Below, in pieces: positions 8,178 to 16,333 of a stretch of 20,000 bases of DNA. The translations under genes and the position numbers were made by a program. Within the stretch, counting starts at the first letter, position 1. Each line of letters starts with the position of its first letter. Origin of the DNA: an uncultured virus (IMG/VR IMGVR_UViG_3300010157_000056) (Duplodnaviria; Heunggongvirae; Uroviricota; Caudoviricetes); IMG/VR virus record IMGVR_UViG_3300010157_000056, positions 53,259 through 73,258 of that record; one strand, 5' to 3'. The notes beneath the pieces were generated by a model that was not told where the DNA came from, searched no databases, and was given only the letters and a program-made list of their open reading frames with translations.

Positions 8178-10220
8178 TTAAGCGTAGACAGTTAAATCCT
8201 GCCAGTCGTAATATCCACCGTAATCTACTAAAATCATAATAGTTCCAGCATATACGCTCCAGTAAAAATCACCGGGTAGTAATGTAGCAAAAAATATATC
8301 ATAATCCGGAGCATTAATAAAGTCGTCATCAATTATCATTCTAGGAGCACGGCCGCTTTGTGTTGCCCCGTTAGCAAAAGTAATTACTCCAGTTGGTCCA
8401 ATTGTTAAGTTTGCAAATATAACACTGCTGGTAGTGTTTAAATCTTGATTAGCACCAGGTCCTCGACTACCTGCATAACCTATGCTACCGTCGTATCCAA
8501 TTACACCATCGGTACCTTTACTACCTACATAGCCTACGCCAATACTACCAGTGTATCCATTACTGCCAGAATATCCAGTGGATCCAGAATATCCTAAATC
8601 TCCTTTACTACCAGTGTATCCTAATCCACCAACACTACCAGTATATCCATCACGTCCAACACTACCTGTGTATCCGTTGCTACCAGTATAACCTAAGTCT
8701 CCTTTGCTACCAGTGTATCCTAATCCACCAATGCTACCTGAGTAGCCGTCACGGCCAACACTACCTGTGTATCCGTTGCTACCAGTATAACCTAATCCAC
8801 CAATACTACCAGTGTATCCTAATCCACCGATGCTACCAGTGTATCCATCTTGGCCAACACTACCTGAATATCCTAAACTTCCAGTATAACCTAATCCACC
8901 AATACTACCAGTGTATCCTAATCCACCAATGCTACCACTGTAACCTAAATCACCTTTGCTACCACTGTAACCTATACTTCCAGAGTATCCGACACTTCCA
9001 ACAAACCCATCAGCTCCCTGTGGGCCTGTTATATTTCCTACATCGGCCCAGGCAGCACCATTCCATATTGCCAAATGACCGTTATATGATAATATATAAC
9101 CATCACCTAATGCGCCGGTTGGATGTGCTGCTGCCAATGCAGTCAGATCATAGTAAGTACCTAAGATAGTAACTGATGTGCCGTCAGTTCCTTTACTACC
9201 CGCATATCCCACTCCAATACTACCAGTATAACCCGAATTACCTGTACTGCCGGCATATCCAAGTGATCCAGTATATCCTAAATCACCAATACTACCAGTG
9301 AAACCAATTTCACCTATACTACCCGAGTAGCCGTCGCGGCCAACGCTACCTGTATAGCCAGTTGATCCAGAGTATCCTAACTCGCCTTTACTACCACTGT
9401 AACCTAAACTACCAATACTACCTGTATATCCATCGCGGCCAACACTACCTGTATAGCCAATTGACCCTGCATAGCCTATACCAAGAGAACCGGTGTAACC
9501 TAACTGACCAACAGAGCCAGTGTAACCCACTCCTATACTACCAGTATAACCTTCGCTACCAGTATAGCCCGCATCACCTTTACTACCGGCATATCCTATA
9601 TCCCCAACTGATCCAGTATAGCCATTGCTACCAGTATATCCAATTGAGCCGGTATAGCCATTGCTACCAGTATAACCGTAACTACCAGTATAACCAACAC
9701 TACCCGTATAACCTATTGATCCGTTATATCCTGCACTACCTGTATATCCTGTACTGCCAGTATAACCAATACTACCTGTAAATCCTGTACCACCTGTTGG
9801 ACCTTTAATCTCGCCTGCATCAACCCAGGCGCTCCCAGTCCACACCCATAAATGTCCAAGGTCTTGTGTAATGTATCCATCACCAATATCACCAGTATAT
9901 CCAGCTGGTAAACTACCTGCTGTTACAACACTACCTACAATTTTTACTGATGTACCGGGATTTCCCTTACTACCTAAATAACCACTACTACCAGTATACC
10001 CAGTTGTATATTTTTCTATTAGATCAGTATCTAATATTCCATCCTTAAACCAATATTCTGTTAGTATATTGGATAGGACAACACCAATAACAAGACCTTG
10101 ATATCGTTGGAATGCAGGAATTATAGCCAATGCAACTGCGGTACTTGCATAGGGACCGTACCGACTATCAACTGCCTTAGCAGCTGAAATATTTAAATTG
10201 TCATTTAATAATATTGACAT
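8178..10220 (-). CDS. 680-aa collagen-like (GYTGS) tail fibre/virion protein
   Basis: Long (G-Y-T/S/A-G-S-x)n arrays are interrupted by two homologous knob modules (GTSVKIVGS...GDGYI...GHLWVWTGSAWVDAGEIKGP and GTSVTILGT...GDGYI...GHLAIWNGAAWADVGNITGP). The N- and C-termini are globular. Confidence 0.85.
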   Translation of the reverse strand: MSILLNDNLNISAAKAVDSRYGPYASTAVALAIIPAFQRYQGLVIGVVLSNILTEYWFKDGILDTDLIEKYTTGYTGSSGYLGSKGNPGTSVKIVGSVVTAGSLPAGYTGDIGDGYITQDLGHLWVWTGSAWVDAGEIKGPTGGTGFTGSIGYTGSTGYTGSAGYNGSIGYTGSVGYTGSYGYTGSNGYTGSIGYTGSNGYTGSVGDIGYAGSKGDAGYTGSEGYTGSIGVGYTGSVGQLGYTGSLGIGYAGSIGYTGSVGRDGYTGSIGSLGYSGSKGELGYSGSTGYTGSVGRDGYSGSIGEIGFTGSIGDLGYTGSLGYAGSTGNSGYTGSIGVGYAGSKGTDGTSVTILGTYYDLTALAAAHPTGALGDGYILSYNGHLAIWNGAAWADVGNITGPQGADGFVGSVGYSGSIGYSGSKGDLGYSGSIGGLGYTGSIGGLGYTGSLGYSGSVGQDGYTGSIGGLGYTGSIGGLGYTGSNGYTGSVGRDGYSGSIGGLGYTGSKGDLGYTGSNGYTGSVGRDGYTGSVGGLGYTGSKGDLGYSGSTGYSGSNGYTGSIGVGYVGSKGTDGVIGYDGSIGYAGSRGPGANQDLNTTSSVIFANLTIGPTGVITFANGATQSGRAPRMIIDDDFINAPDYDIFFATLLPGDFYWSVYAGTIMILVDYGGYYDWQDLTVYA
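8459..9995 (-). repeat. GYTGS hexa-/nonapeptide coding arrays with a 99-bp higher-order duplication (boundaries approximate)
   Basis: Exact matches at 8656-8696/8755-8795 (41 nt) and 8782-8828/8881-8927 (47 nt), both offset by 99 bp. Confidence 0.85.
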
Positions 10221-10226
10221 ATTTTT

Positions 10227-11657
10227 TTAAGTATTAGTAAACTGTATTATACCATCTGTATTAGTAGCACCACTGCTAATATATACTTTAAATGACACAC
10301 CTGACCAAAAACTATCAGGTGATGAAACTGATTGTGTAACTGGAGATAGAATAAAATTACCTGCACCTATGTTACCTTGATTTAACTGTGTGTTGAACCA
10401 TTTTGTTTTAGAAGTATAAGATGCTGCATGTGCCATCCATACATATTGTCCTGCTGCCGCAAAAGTAACTGAAACAGTTCCGCTAGCATCTAACAATACC
10501 TTGTTAGTTGATCCTGCTAATATTGCTGCTGCGATACTTGCTGTGGTCGGCAATGTATTTGACTTGCCCCAGAAGTACGGATATATACCTGTAACTGTTA
10601 AACTATTGCTACTAATAGATGATGCTGACTGAGGAGCATTTGTGTTTCTTACCTGTGCAGTACGAGTATCAGTAACATTTTTGTTGTTCTTCTTAGCACT
10701 ACCTGCTGAATAAGTACCTGTACCACTCCAAACTGTATTTCCACTTACAACAACAAAGTTATCAGTATATGTTAATGCATATGAGTAACTAGGATTGTTA
10801 GGATTTGTATAACCAAACTGATCAGCAATAGTTGTAAAGTTGTAAACTGTTGGATTAGATATTGTAGATAGTTGACTACCATTTCTACTCAAAGTTAATG
10901 CAGTAAATGTGCTTGCATCGCCTTCAGCGCCGATCAATGTTAATGCCTGTGCTACAGTAGATCCAATTTCCTTAGTTCCACTTTGTGGTCCTGTCACGGT
11001 TAATGTAGGAATAGTGTATGTTGGTAGAACGTCTGGGAACAATATAGTATCTAGTACTTCTACAATGTTCTTACTTTTCCAAGTAGAAGCAAGAGCACTT
11101 GCAGCACCGCCTACTGATACACTTTGTACATCGTCACTTATTAATGAATTATATACAGTAGCAATTACTGTATTAGTAATAGTTAAACCAGTATTTGTAG
11201 CAACAGATAAAGTTGATCCACCTCCTCCACCAGTAAACAATGTACCATTCTGATAAAGATTGCCAGCAAAGTAAATATCGCCACCAATACCAACCCCACC
11301 AGCTACTACTAATGCACCAGTAGTAGATGAAGTTGAATTAGTAGTATTGGCAATTGATATTGCATTAGTAGTTGTGGAACCACTGTTAGTAACATCTTGT
11401 AATGTTGTAGATATTGTACCATCTGCACTTACGCTAATGCCAACTCCAATCTTAACGCCGCCAAGTCTAGTTATAGTTGCGGTGTGTAGTATATAACTAC
11501 CACCATTACCACCAATAGCAATACCGCCAGGATTTATACCGTCGGATAATCTTAGTTCACCTGTGAATTCGTCATAGAAGATTGTACCTTCTTGTCCAAT
11601 GAAGGTATCTATTGTCTGGGTAATTACCCGACCTGCTTCTATCTTTTTAATAGGCAT
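10227..11657 (-). CDS. 476-aa virion structural/fibre-associated protein
   Basis: The N-terminus FIGQEGTIFYDEFTGELRLSDG resembles a fibre anchor. ATITRLGGVKIGVGISVSADGTIS and STSSTTGALVVAGGVGIGG are motifs typical of phage fibre shafts. The C-terminal domain is beta-rich, and a GGGAG SD lies upstream. Confidence 0.75.
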   Translation of the reverse strand: MPIKKIEAGRVITQTIDTFIGQEGTIFYDEFTGELRLSDGINPGGIAIGGNGGSYILHTATITRLGGVKIGVGISVSADGTISTTLQDVTNSGSTTTNAISIANTTNSTSSTTGALVVAGGVGIGGDIYFAGNLYQNGTLFTGGGGGSTLSVATNTGLTITNTVIATVYNSLISDDVQSVSVGGAASALASTWKSKNIVEVLDTILFPDVLPTYTIPTLTVTGPQSGTKEIGSTVAQALTLIGAEGDASTFTALTLSRNGSQLSTISNPTVYNFTTIADQFGYTNPNNPSYSYALTYTDNFVVVSGNTVWSGTGTYSAGSAKKNNKNVTDTRTAQVRNTNAPQSASSISSNSLTVTGIYPYFWGKSNTLPTTASIAAAILAGSTNKVLLDASGTVSVTFAAAGQYVWMAHAASYTSKTKWFNTQLNQGNIGAGNFILSPVTQSVSSPDSFWSGVSFKVYISSGATNTDGIIQFTNT

Positions 11658-11682
11658 CTGGGTCTTACTCCCTTAGATGCAG

Positions 11683-11928
11683 TTAAGGCAACTGCTTAGT
11701 TTCTGGATCTACTTCGTCTTGTGTAAGATCTTTAATGATTGGGCTAATCTTGCCAACATCTGCTTTTTGTAGTTCTATTTGCTGCTGTAGTGGAGGAACC
11801 ATTACAGGATCTTGTTTTGGCTCGCTTGGATCTATAGGAGCATCTTGACCCATATCAATCTCAGGTTCGCCGTCGCCATTAATTTTAATATTAATGGGAA
11901 TGTTAATGGTAAATTCTCTTGCTCGCAT
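11683..11928 (-). CDS. 81-aa acidic hypothetical protein (MRAREF start, VPPLQQQIEL motif)
   Basis: The ORF is coupled to the upstream gene by a TAATG overlap and is co-oriented in the late cluster. Confidence 0.75.
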   Translation of the reverse strand: MRAREFTINIPINIKINGDGEPEIDMGQDAPIDPSEPKQDPVMVPPLQQQIELQKADVGKISPIIKDLTQDEVDPETKQLP

Positions 11929-12221
11929 TATGCAACCGGTGTAAATGAGATTATGGAATTTGCAGTCTGCCCAATTACTGCACTATAAGAAACAGTAGTA
12001 GTATTAACTAATGTAAAATGTTCAATACCTAATACTGGTACCATTATTTTGCATTCATTAGTAAGAGTACTAATGTCGATTAGTATTGGTGCATTTGAGA
12101 CCGCTACACGAACTTTTCGAGGAATAGATCCATCAAATGTAGTAAGGGTTACGGTTGCTGTTGTAGTAGTAACAGTAGATGCAACAACTACTTGAGAAGG
12201 GCCGGTTTGTTTTGTTAACAT
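11928..12221 (-). CDS. 97-aa beta-rich hypothetical protein, possibly a virion component
   Basis: AAGGA SD before the ATG, a TAAATA box 43 nt upstream, and a Thr/Val-rich sequence. Confidence 0.75.
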   Translation of the reverse strand: MLTKQTGPSQVVVASTVTTTTATVTLTTFDGSIPRKVRVAVSNAPILIDISTLTNECKIMVPVLGIEHFTLVNTTTVSYSAVIGQTANSIISFTPVA

Positions 12222-12264
12222 AAAATTTCCTTTTTGGCGGGCCTGTATTGTCCCTGCACATTGT

Positions 12265-12272
12265 TATTTAGT
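12265..12272 (-). promoter_or_regulatory. Putative T4-type late promoter box (ACTAAATA)
   Basis: The intergenic TAAATAACAAT is the same 11-mer found upstream of erpA (18298-18308). Confidence 0.55.
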
Positions 12273-12281
12273 TAGAACAAC

Positions 12282-13007
12282 TTATAGTCCAAACCTTACT
12301 CGGTCGAGATCAAAATTTTGTTGTACCTGAATTGCTGTTAGTGCTCTATTGTATAATCTCACCACAGGTATATTGCCATTAAAGAAGTAATCGTTTACTC
12401 GCTTTCCAATAATAGTGTTAGTATCCCCGTTGACTACAGAATTCTGTATTATACTTTGTTGTGTACCTAGTGTCCAGGACATATTAGCACTAGCATCTGC
12501 ATTTCTATATAATTTTACTCTTTTACCTGATTCCCAAACTCCAACTAGATGATACCAAGTACCTACTTGAAAGTCAGTACCATCTGTAAATGTTACTGCA
12601 TCATAATTACTTCCGCCATATACTGCAAATACTAATTCAGTTGGACTATGTTGCCATAGATAATAGGTATTTCTAAAGTAGTCGCTACCATTTTGTATTA
12701 TTGATTTACTGGTAGTTACATCAGGTTTAAACCATACTTCTACAGTTAGTGCTGTTGAAGAAGCACCTATCTCAGTAACAGAACCAACATCTACATAATC
12801 AGTTGATCCGTTAAAATCAAATGAGTTATCAATAAATGCAGGTCCGACCAATGTAGCATTATGATGTTTTTTAGATAAATCATACCAGGTTGTTCCTGTT
12901 CCTGGATAACTTGCAATGTTACCTGCATCAAGATTTAATACCAATCCAAGCGGTAATGTACTGCGGGACATCGCCGTGGACATATAGTGCAACATTATTC
13001 CAGACAT
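12282..13007 (-). CDS. LamG / concanavalin A-like lectin domain protein (241 aa)
   Basis: Motifs LVLNLDAGNIASYPGTGTTWYDLS, FDFNGSTDYV, TVEVWFK, WYHLVGVW and FNGNIPVVRLYNRALT..QVQQNF. Confidence 0.9.
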   Translation of the reverse strand: MSGIMLHYMSTAMSRSTLPLGLVLNLDAGNIASYPGTGTTWYDLSKKHHNATLVGPAFIDNSFDFNGSTDYVDVGSVTEIGASSTALTVEVWFKPDVTTSKSIIQNGSDYFRNTYYLWQHSPTELVFAVYGGSNYDAVTFTDGTDFQVGTWYHLVGVWESGKRVKLYRNADASANMSWTLGTQQSIIQNSVVNGDTNTIIGKRVNDYFFNGNIPVVRLYNRALTAIQVQQNFDLDRVRFGL

Positions 13008-13008
13008 A

Positions 13009-14229
13009 TTATGCTAATCCGGCGCCGCTAATAAACCATTCGGTATTTGATACTTTAACTACAGTGGCCATACCAAATGCATCTAATGTTCTAGTGCCTG
13101 TTGATCCATCACCACCTACATACATGGTATCACTATTAATAGCAATATTAACTGAGGTGGCATTTGGTCCGGCAATAATTGCCATTGATGCACCTATTGG
13201 AAACGATGAACTAGTATTAGCAGGAATTGTAATTGTTTGTCCAGGAGAGTTTATATAAACTTGTTTTCCTTGATCAGCTAATGTTAGAGTATAGCTAGTT
13301 GATATTGTATTTTGTGGTATTCCAACATAACCAAGGTTTGAAGAGACACTTGTTGTGGTACCATCCGCAGCAATTGCTGTTAATTTACCAGTTGTTCCAA
13401 GAATTGCAGTGTAGGAACCATTAATTAAGGTTGATGTAGAAAGTACTGGAACATTAGTTATGTTACTATAAGCAATGGTTCCAGTAAATGCTGTAGTCTG
13501 AACAGTATTATCTGTAAATGTTAAACTACCACTTGTACTCAATGTAAGTGTAGCAGTATCATTAATTAGTGTTGATGTTGTTGCAAGTCCTGATGAGCCA
13601 GTATATCCTAAAGTACCTCTTTGTAAAACAAAATCAAATATCCCATTATATACAGTACCAACGTTAGTAACACTTGCAGTAGAAGTACTAATTGTGACTG
13701 TACCAACGGCAATAGTTGCTGCTGTCCCAGTTGTTCCAGTAGATCCAGTATACCCGGTTCCTGTATTACCAATTGAGCCAGTATAGCCTAAGTCGCCTCT
13801 TTGTAAAACAAAATCAAATATCCCATTATATACAGTACCAACATTGGTAACACTTGCGGTGGAGGTACTAATTGTAACTGCACCAACGGCAATGGTTGCT
13901 GCTGTACCTGTTGATCCAGTATAACCAACTCCTATACTACCAGTATATCCTATAGTACCAGTACTGCCAGTATAACCAACTCCTCTGCTACCAGTATATC
14001 CTATATTACCAAAGCTGCCGGTATAACCAACTCCGGCATATGCGCCTGAGCTACCTGCATATCCAATATAACCGCGACTACCAGTATATCCAGGGCCAAA
14101 TCCTCCGCTACCTGCATAGCCCATTTCAAGCTGTTCAAAATTATTATTAACCTTGGTGAATGCTGCTCGAATGCTGTCACCGTCGCCTGCGTTGGCACCT
14201 GATCCGGTATTGATATATTGAAAAGTCAT
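13009..14229 (-). CDS. 406-aa baseplate-attached fibre protein with a T4 gp9/gp10-like N-terminus, GYTGS collagen and a conserved C-terminal tip domain
   Basis: INTGSGANAGDGDSIRAAFTKVNNNFEQL resembles the T4 gp10 N-terminal pattern INIG..DDGTGDxLR..KINENFDEL. GYTGS repeats follow, and the C-terminus reads IPQN...YTLTLADQGK...FPIG...WFISGAGL. Confidence 0.82.
   Translation of the reverse strand: MTFQYINTGSGANAGDGDSIRAAFTKVNNNFEQLEMGYAGSGGFGPGYTGSRGYIGYAGSSGAYAGVGYTGSFGNIGYTGSRGVGYTGSTGTIGYTGSIGVGYTGSTGTAATIAVGAVTISTSTASVTNVGTVYNGIFDFVLQRGDLGYTGSIGNTGTGYTGSTGTTGTAATIAVGTVTISTSTASVTNVGTVYNGIFDFVLQRGTLGYTGSSGLATTSTLINDTATLTLSTSGSLTFTDNTVQTTAFTGTIAYSNITNVPVLSTSTLINGSYTAILGTTGKLTAIAADGTTTSVSSNLGYVGIPQNTISTSYTLTLADQGKQVYINSPGQTITIPANTSSSFPIGASMAIIAGPNATSVNIAINSDTMYVGGDGSTGTRTLDAFGMATVVKVSNTEWFISGAGLA
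13616..13905 (-). repeat. Intragenic duplication, 2 x 110 bp at a 180-bp period
   Basis: 13616-13725 vs 13796-13905 differ at 8 positions, all transitions. Both encode TAATIAVGxVTISTSTASVTNVGTVYNGIFDFVLQR. Confidence 0.9.
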
Positions 14230-14230
14230 G

Positions 14231-14545
14231 TTAAATTCCTGCTAATTTTCTAATTGATTCTAACTCCGGATCCATCTTAGGTTCTTGTCCTGAATCTCCG
14301 CTTCTGTTTCCACTGGCAATTTCTGTATAATCATCCATGGACAACGTACCTTTGTTCTTTAATGCTATAATTTTTTCCACAACAAAATGTAGGTCTACAT
14401 CCGTTTTTACATCTTCTCTCACCAATTCAAACAATCTAATTAACAATGGAATGTCCATGGATACATGATCCGCAGGATCGTTTGTAGATCCCATTCGATT
14501 GGACTGATTTTCAAGCATTTTAAATAGGTAGTTTTCGTATTTCAT
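14231..14545 (-). CDS. 104-aa hypothetical protein ending ELESIRKLAGI (first gene of the late operon)
   Basis: Clean ORF with a helical core MDIPLLIRLFELVRED...DLHFVVE, a TAAATA box 5 nt upstream and a 1-nt gap to the next gene. Confidence 0.8.
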   Translation of the reverse strand: MKYENYLFKMLENQSNRMGSTNDPADHVSMDIPLLIRLFELVREDVKTDVDLHFVVEKIIALKNKGTLSMDDYTEIASGNRSGDSGQEPKMDPELESIRKLAGI

Positions 14546-14550
14546 GTAGG

Positions 14551-14591
14551 TATTTATTTGTTTATTGATATTATGGAATTATATATTTAGG
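14551..14591 (-). promoter_or_regulatory. Two putative T4-type late boxes (AATAAATA 14551-14558; CCTAAATA 14584-14591)
   Basis: The minus strand reads TAAATA-CCTAC-ATG at the head of the structural operon, with a second TAAATA 33 nt further upstream. Confidence 0.55.
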
Positions 14592-14620
14592 TTGCTTTTT
14601 TTACCAAATCATGTTATAAT
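14592..14620 (+). promoter_or_regulatory. Sigma70-type promoter with extended -10 for the HNH gene
   Basis: TTGCTT (14592-14597), a 17-bp spacer and TGnTATAAT (TATAAT at 14615-14620). Confidence 0.75.
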
Positions 14621-14637
14621 ATGTGTTAGTTTAACCG

Positions 14638-14645
14638 TATAAATA
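14638..14645 (+). promoter_or_regulatory. T4 late promoter consensus TATAAATA, 7 nt before the HNH ATG
   Basis: Exact TATAAATA-CACTATC-ATG with no SD. Confidence 0.65.
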
Positions 14646-14652
14646 CACTATC

Positions 14653-15162
14653 ATGAACTGCCTGTTACTTAATGCCGACGCATCACCTATCTCCGTAATC
14701 CCACTGAGTGTTATCTCATGGGAAGAAGCGATCCAGAAAATGGTGTCGGATAAAGCCACGGTTCTAGAATGGTACGACGACTGGATTGTTCACAGCGCAA
14801 CATGGGAAACTCCTGTGCCTGCTGTTATGATTCTTAAGGAATACCAAAAGAAGAAGACTGGTGTGCGTTTCTCTAAGCAGAATGTATTCCTACGGGATAT
14901 GTATGCTTGCCAATACTGCGGTGATTCTGTAACAGGTAGAACTGCTACATTGGATCACGTATTACCAGTTAGCTTGGGAGGTAGAACTACTTTTGAAAAC
15001 ACTTGCTGTGCTTGTGCTCGGTGTAATGCCAACAAGGGTAACGACAAGAAGATTGTTCCTAAGGTCAAGCCAATGAAGCCTACATACTTCCAATTGGTAG
15101 ACAAGCGGAAGAAGATGAAGTTTGATCTACGTCACCCAAGTTGGGCAGCGTACTTGGAATAA
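14653..15162 (+). CDS. HNH endonuclease (McrA-like, zinc-binding)
   Basis: FSKQNVFLRD..CQYCG...TLDHVLP.S.GG.TTFEN...AC..CN..KGN, with the N-terminal LLLNA motif typical of this family. Confidence 0.92.
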   Translation: MNCLLLNADASPISVIPLSVISWEEAIQKMVSDKATVLEWYDDWIVHSATWETPVPAVMILKEYQKKKTGVRFSKQNVFLRDMYACQYCGDSVTGRTATLDHVLPVSLGGRTTFENTCCACARCNANKGNDKKIVPKVKPMKPTYFQLVDKRKKMKFDLRHPSWAAYLE

Positions 15163-15189
15163 AAGAAAAGCCCCTTACGGGGCTTTCTT
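15163..15189. terminator. Intrinsic terminator, probably bidirectional and stronger on the minus strand
   Basis: Hairpin AAAGCCCC-TTAC-GGGGCTTT. On the minus strand the loop is GTAA (GNRA) followed by TTTTCTTTT; on the plus strand the tail is TTTCTT. Confidence 0.8.
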
Positions 15190-15206
15190 ATAATCATTTG
15201 AACTAC

Positions 15207-16136
15207 ATGTCACAATTTATATTAACACTAGCTAACAAGTTAAATCACAAAGATTTATACTTTGATATATTTAATACTAACATTGCAAAAAAATGGACAA
15301 TTGAGGTAAGTAAAAATTACTCAATATGCAATAATGATCGATTTGTAAATTGGCCAAATAGCAAAAAAGACAGTAACTATTATGTAACCGAGTTGAATAA
15401 ACAGCTTAAAATAGTAGATGAATATGCTCCAACTGTTGTTCCATTCTTTTTCAATATAGAGCAAGTAAATCAGAGTTTATTAAACATTCTACATAAATTA
15501 TTTGAAGACTTAATAGGAACAGTTGACAATCCAACTGAGTTTTACAAAAATTCTCCACAGGAAGTACAGAAAGCAATTCTAAGATTTAACATAATGATAC
15601 ACGAATTTGAAAGTTATGTTAAAAATATTGCTATGAATAAAATTCATCCTGACTCTAAATTAGTTGTTGTGTTCGGTGAGAGAAATCGATACGAGTTAAT
15701 TGATGAGGATTATGATCATTTTACACTGAAATCTGTGTTTGGTACAGTTTACATTAATTATTGTGAACTTGGTAAACCAATACTAGATGTATTGCGAGAC
15801 CAAGATGAGCATATAGGGGATAGTAATATCCGACCATTGCAATATTATAGTGCTGATTTACAAATTCAATTTTCTCCCACAATGGGAGAAGATGAATTTA
15901 ATAGAACAATGCAGTGGGTTAAAATGCAATATGACAAAAGAAAAGAATTTTTTGAAAGTTTAGGATTATTTTATGATAAGAAATTATCCTTAGGATTAAT
16001 TCCAGTAGCTAGTATAAATCGCAATGATAGTGGATTTTTAAATATGACAGACTTTGAAATAATCAGCAGTTTAAGCGAATTTAATATTGTGACCAAGACA
16101 GAAATAAGAGAATCCATTACCGTTCTCTATAGGTAA
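15207..16136 (+). CDS. AT-rich hypothetical protein (~309 aa, MSQFILT...)
   Basis: Long ORF. The ATG at 15207 is preferred over the TTG at 15141, which overlaps the HNH gene and the terminator. The 3' end overlaps infA by 20 nt. Confidence 0.8.
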   Translation: MSQFILTLANKLNHKDLYFDIFNTNIAKKWTIEVSKNYSICNNDRFVNWPNSKKDSNYYVTELNKQLKIVDEYAPTVVPFFFNIEQVNQSLLNILHKLFEDLIGTVDNPTEFYKNSPQEVQKAILRFNIMIHEFESYVKNIAMNKIHPDSKLVVVFGERNRYELIDEDYDHFTLKSVFGTVYINYCELGKPILDVLRDQDEHIGDSNIRPLQYYSADLQIQFSPTMGEDEFNRTMQWVKMQYDKRKEFFESLGLFYDKKLSLGLIPVASINRNDSGFLNMTDFEIISSLSEFNIVTKTEIRESITVLYR

Positions 16137-16332
16137 TCCGGCACTTTGTAAGATCGTAAGGGCTCATCTCAATCTTAACACGATCACCTGCTAAGATTTG
16201 TATTTTGTGTTGACGCATCTTACCTGAGATGTGTCCTAATACTACTGGCCCTTGAGCCATTTTTACCCTAAACATTGCGTTGGGTAATACTTCTTCTACC
16301 ACTCCGTCAGAAGTGATTAAATCTTCTTTCAT
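16117..16332 (-). CDS. infA: Translation initiation factor IF-1
   Basis: [20 protein letters not shown]....GHISGKMR...[24 protein letters not shown] is a full-length IF1 signature. AGGAG lies upstream. Confidence 0.96.
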   Translation of the reverse strand: MKEDLITSDGVVEEVLPNAMFRVKMAQGPVVLGHISGKMRQHKIQILAGDRVKIEMSPYDLTKCRITYRER

Positions 16333-16333
16333 T

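Noticed and set aside
8459..9995. CRISPR-like or non-coding tandem array
   Set aside because: The 18/27-nt units are in-frame coding repeats with wobble variation and no unique spacers.
8459..9995. Bacterial ice-nucleation protein (InaZ) homology
   Set aside because: The array lacks the AGYGSTxT 8/16-residue periodicity; the period here is 3/6/9.
12222..12264. Structured RNA or upstream ORF in the 43-nt leader
   Set aside because: Only a weak GCAGGG/CCCGC pairing and an out-of-frame ATG are present, which is insufficient support.
1464..13258. Plus-strand short ORFs in the track (1464, 1857, 1970, 3011, 3788, 4349, 6176, 9362, 10909, 12890)
   Set aside because: They are antisense shadows of repetitive, codon-biased minus-strand genes, mostly with GTG/TTG starts and no recognisable motifs.
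13616..13905. Possible diversity-generating retroelement TR/VR pair, prompted by the Mtd_N-like domain nearby
   Set aside because: The mismatches are not confined to adenines of one copy and are nearly all synonymous. Both copies are in-frame mid-gene, and there is no reverse transcriptase in the window.
14653..15162. HNH as an intron-encoded or mobile homing element
   Set aside because: It is free-standing with its own promoters and terminator, and no interrupted gene or intron structure is visible.
15141..15206. Track start (TTG 15141) for the 331-aa ORF
   Set aside because: It overlaps the HNH 3' end and runs through the terminator hairpin; ATG 15207 is more plausible.
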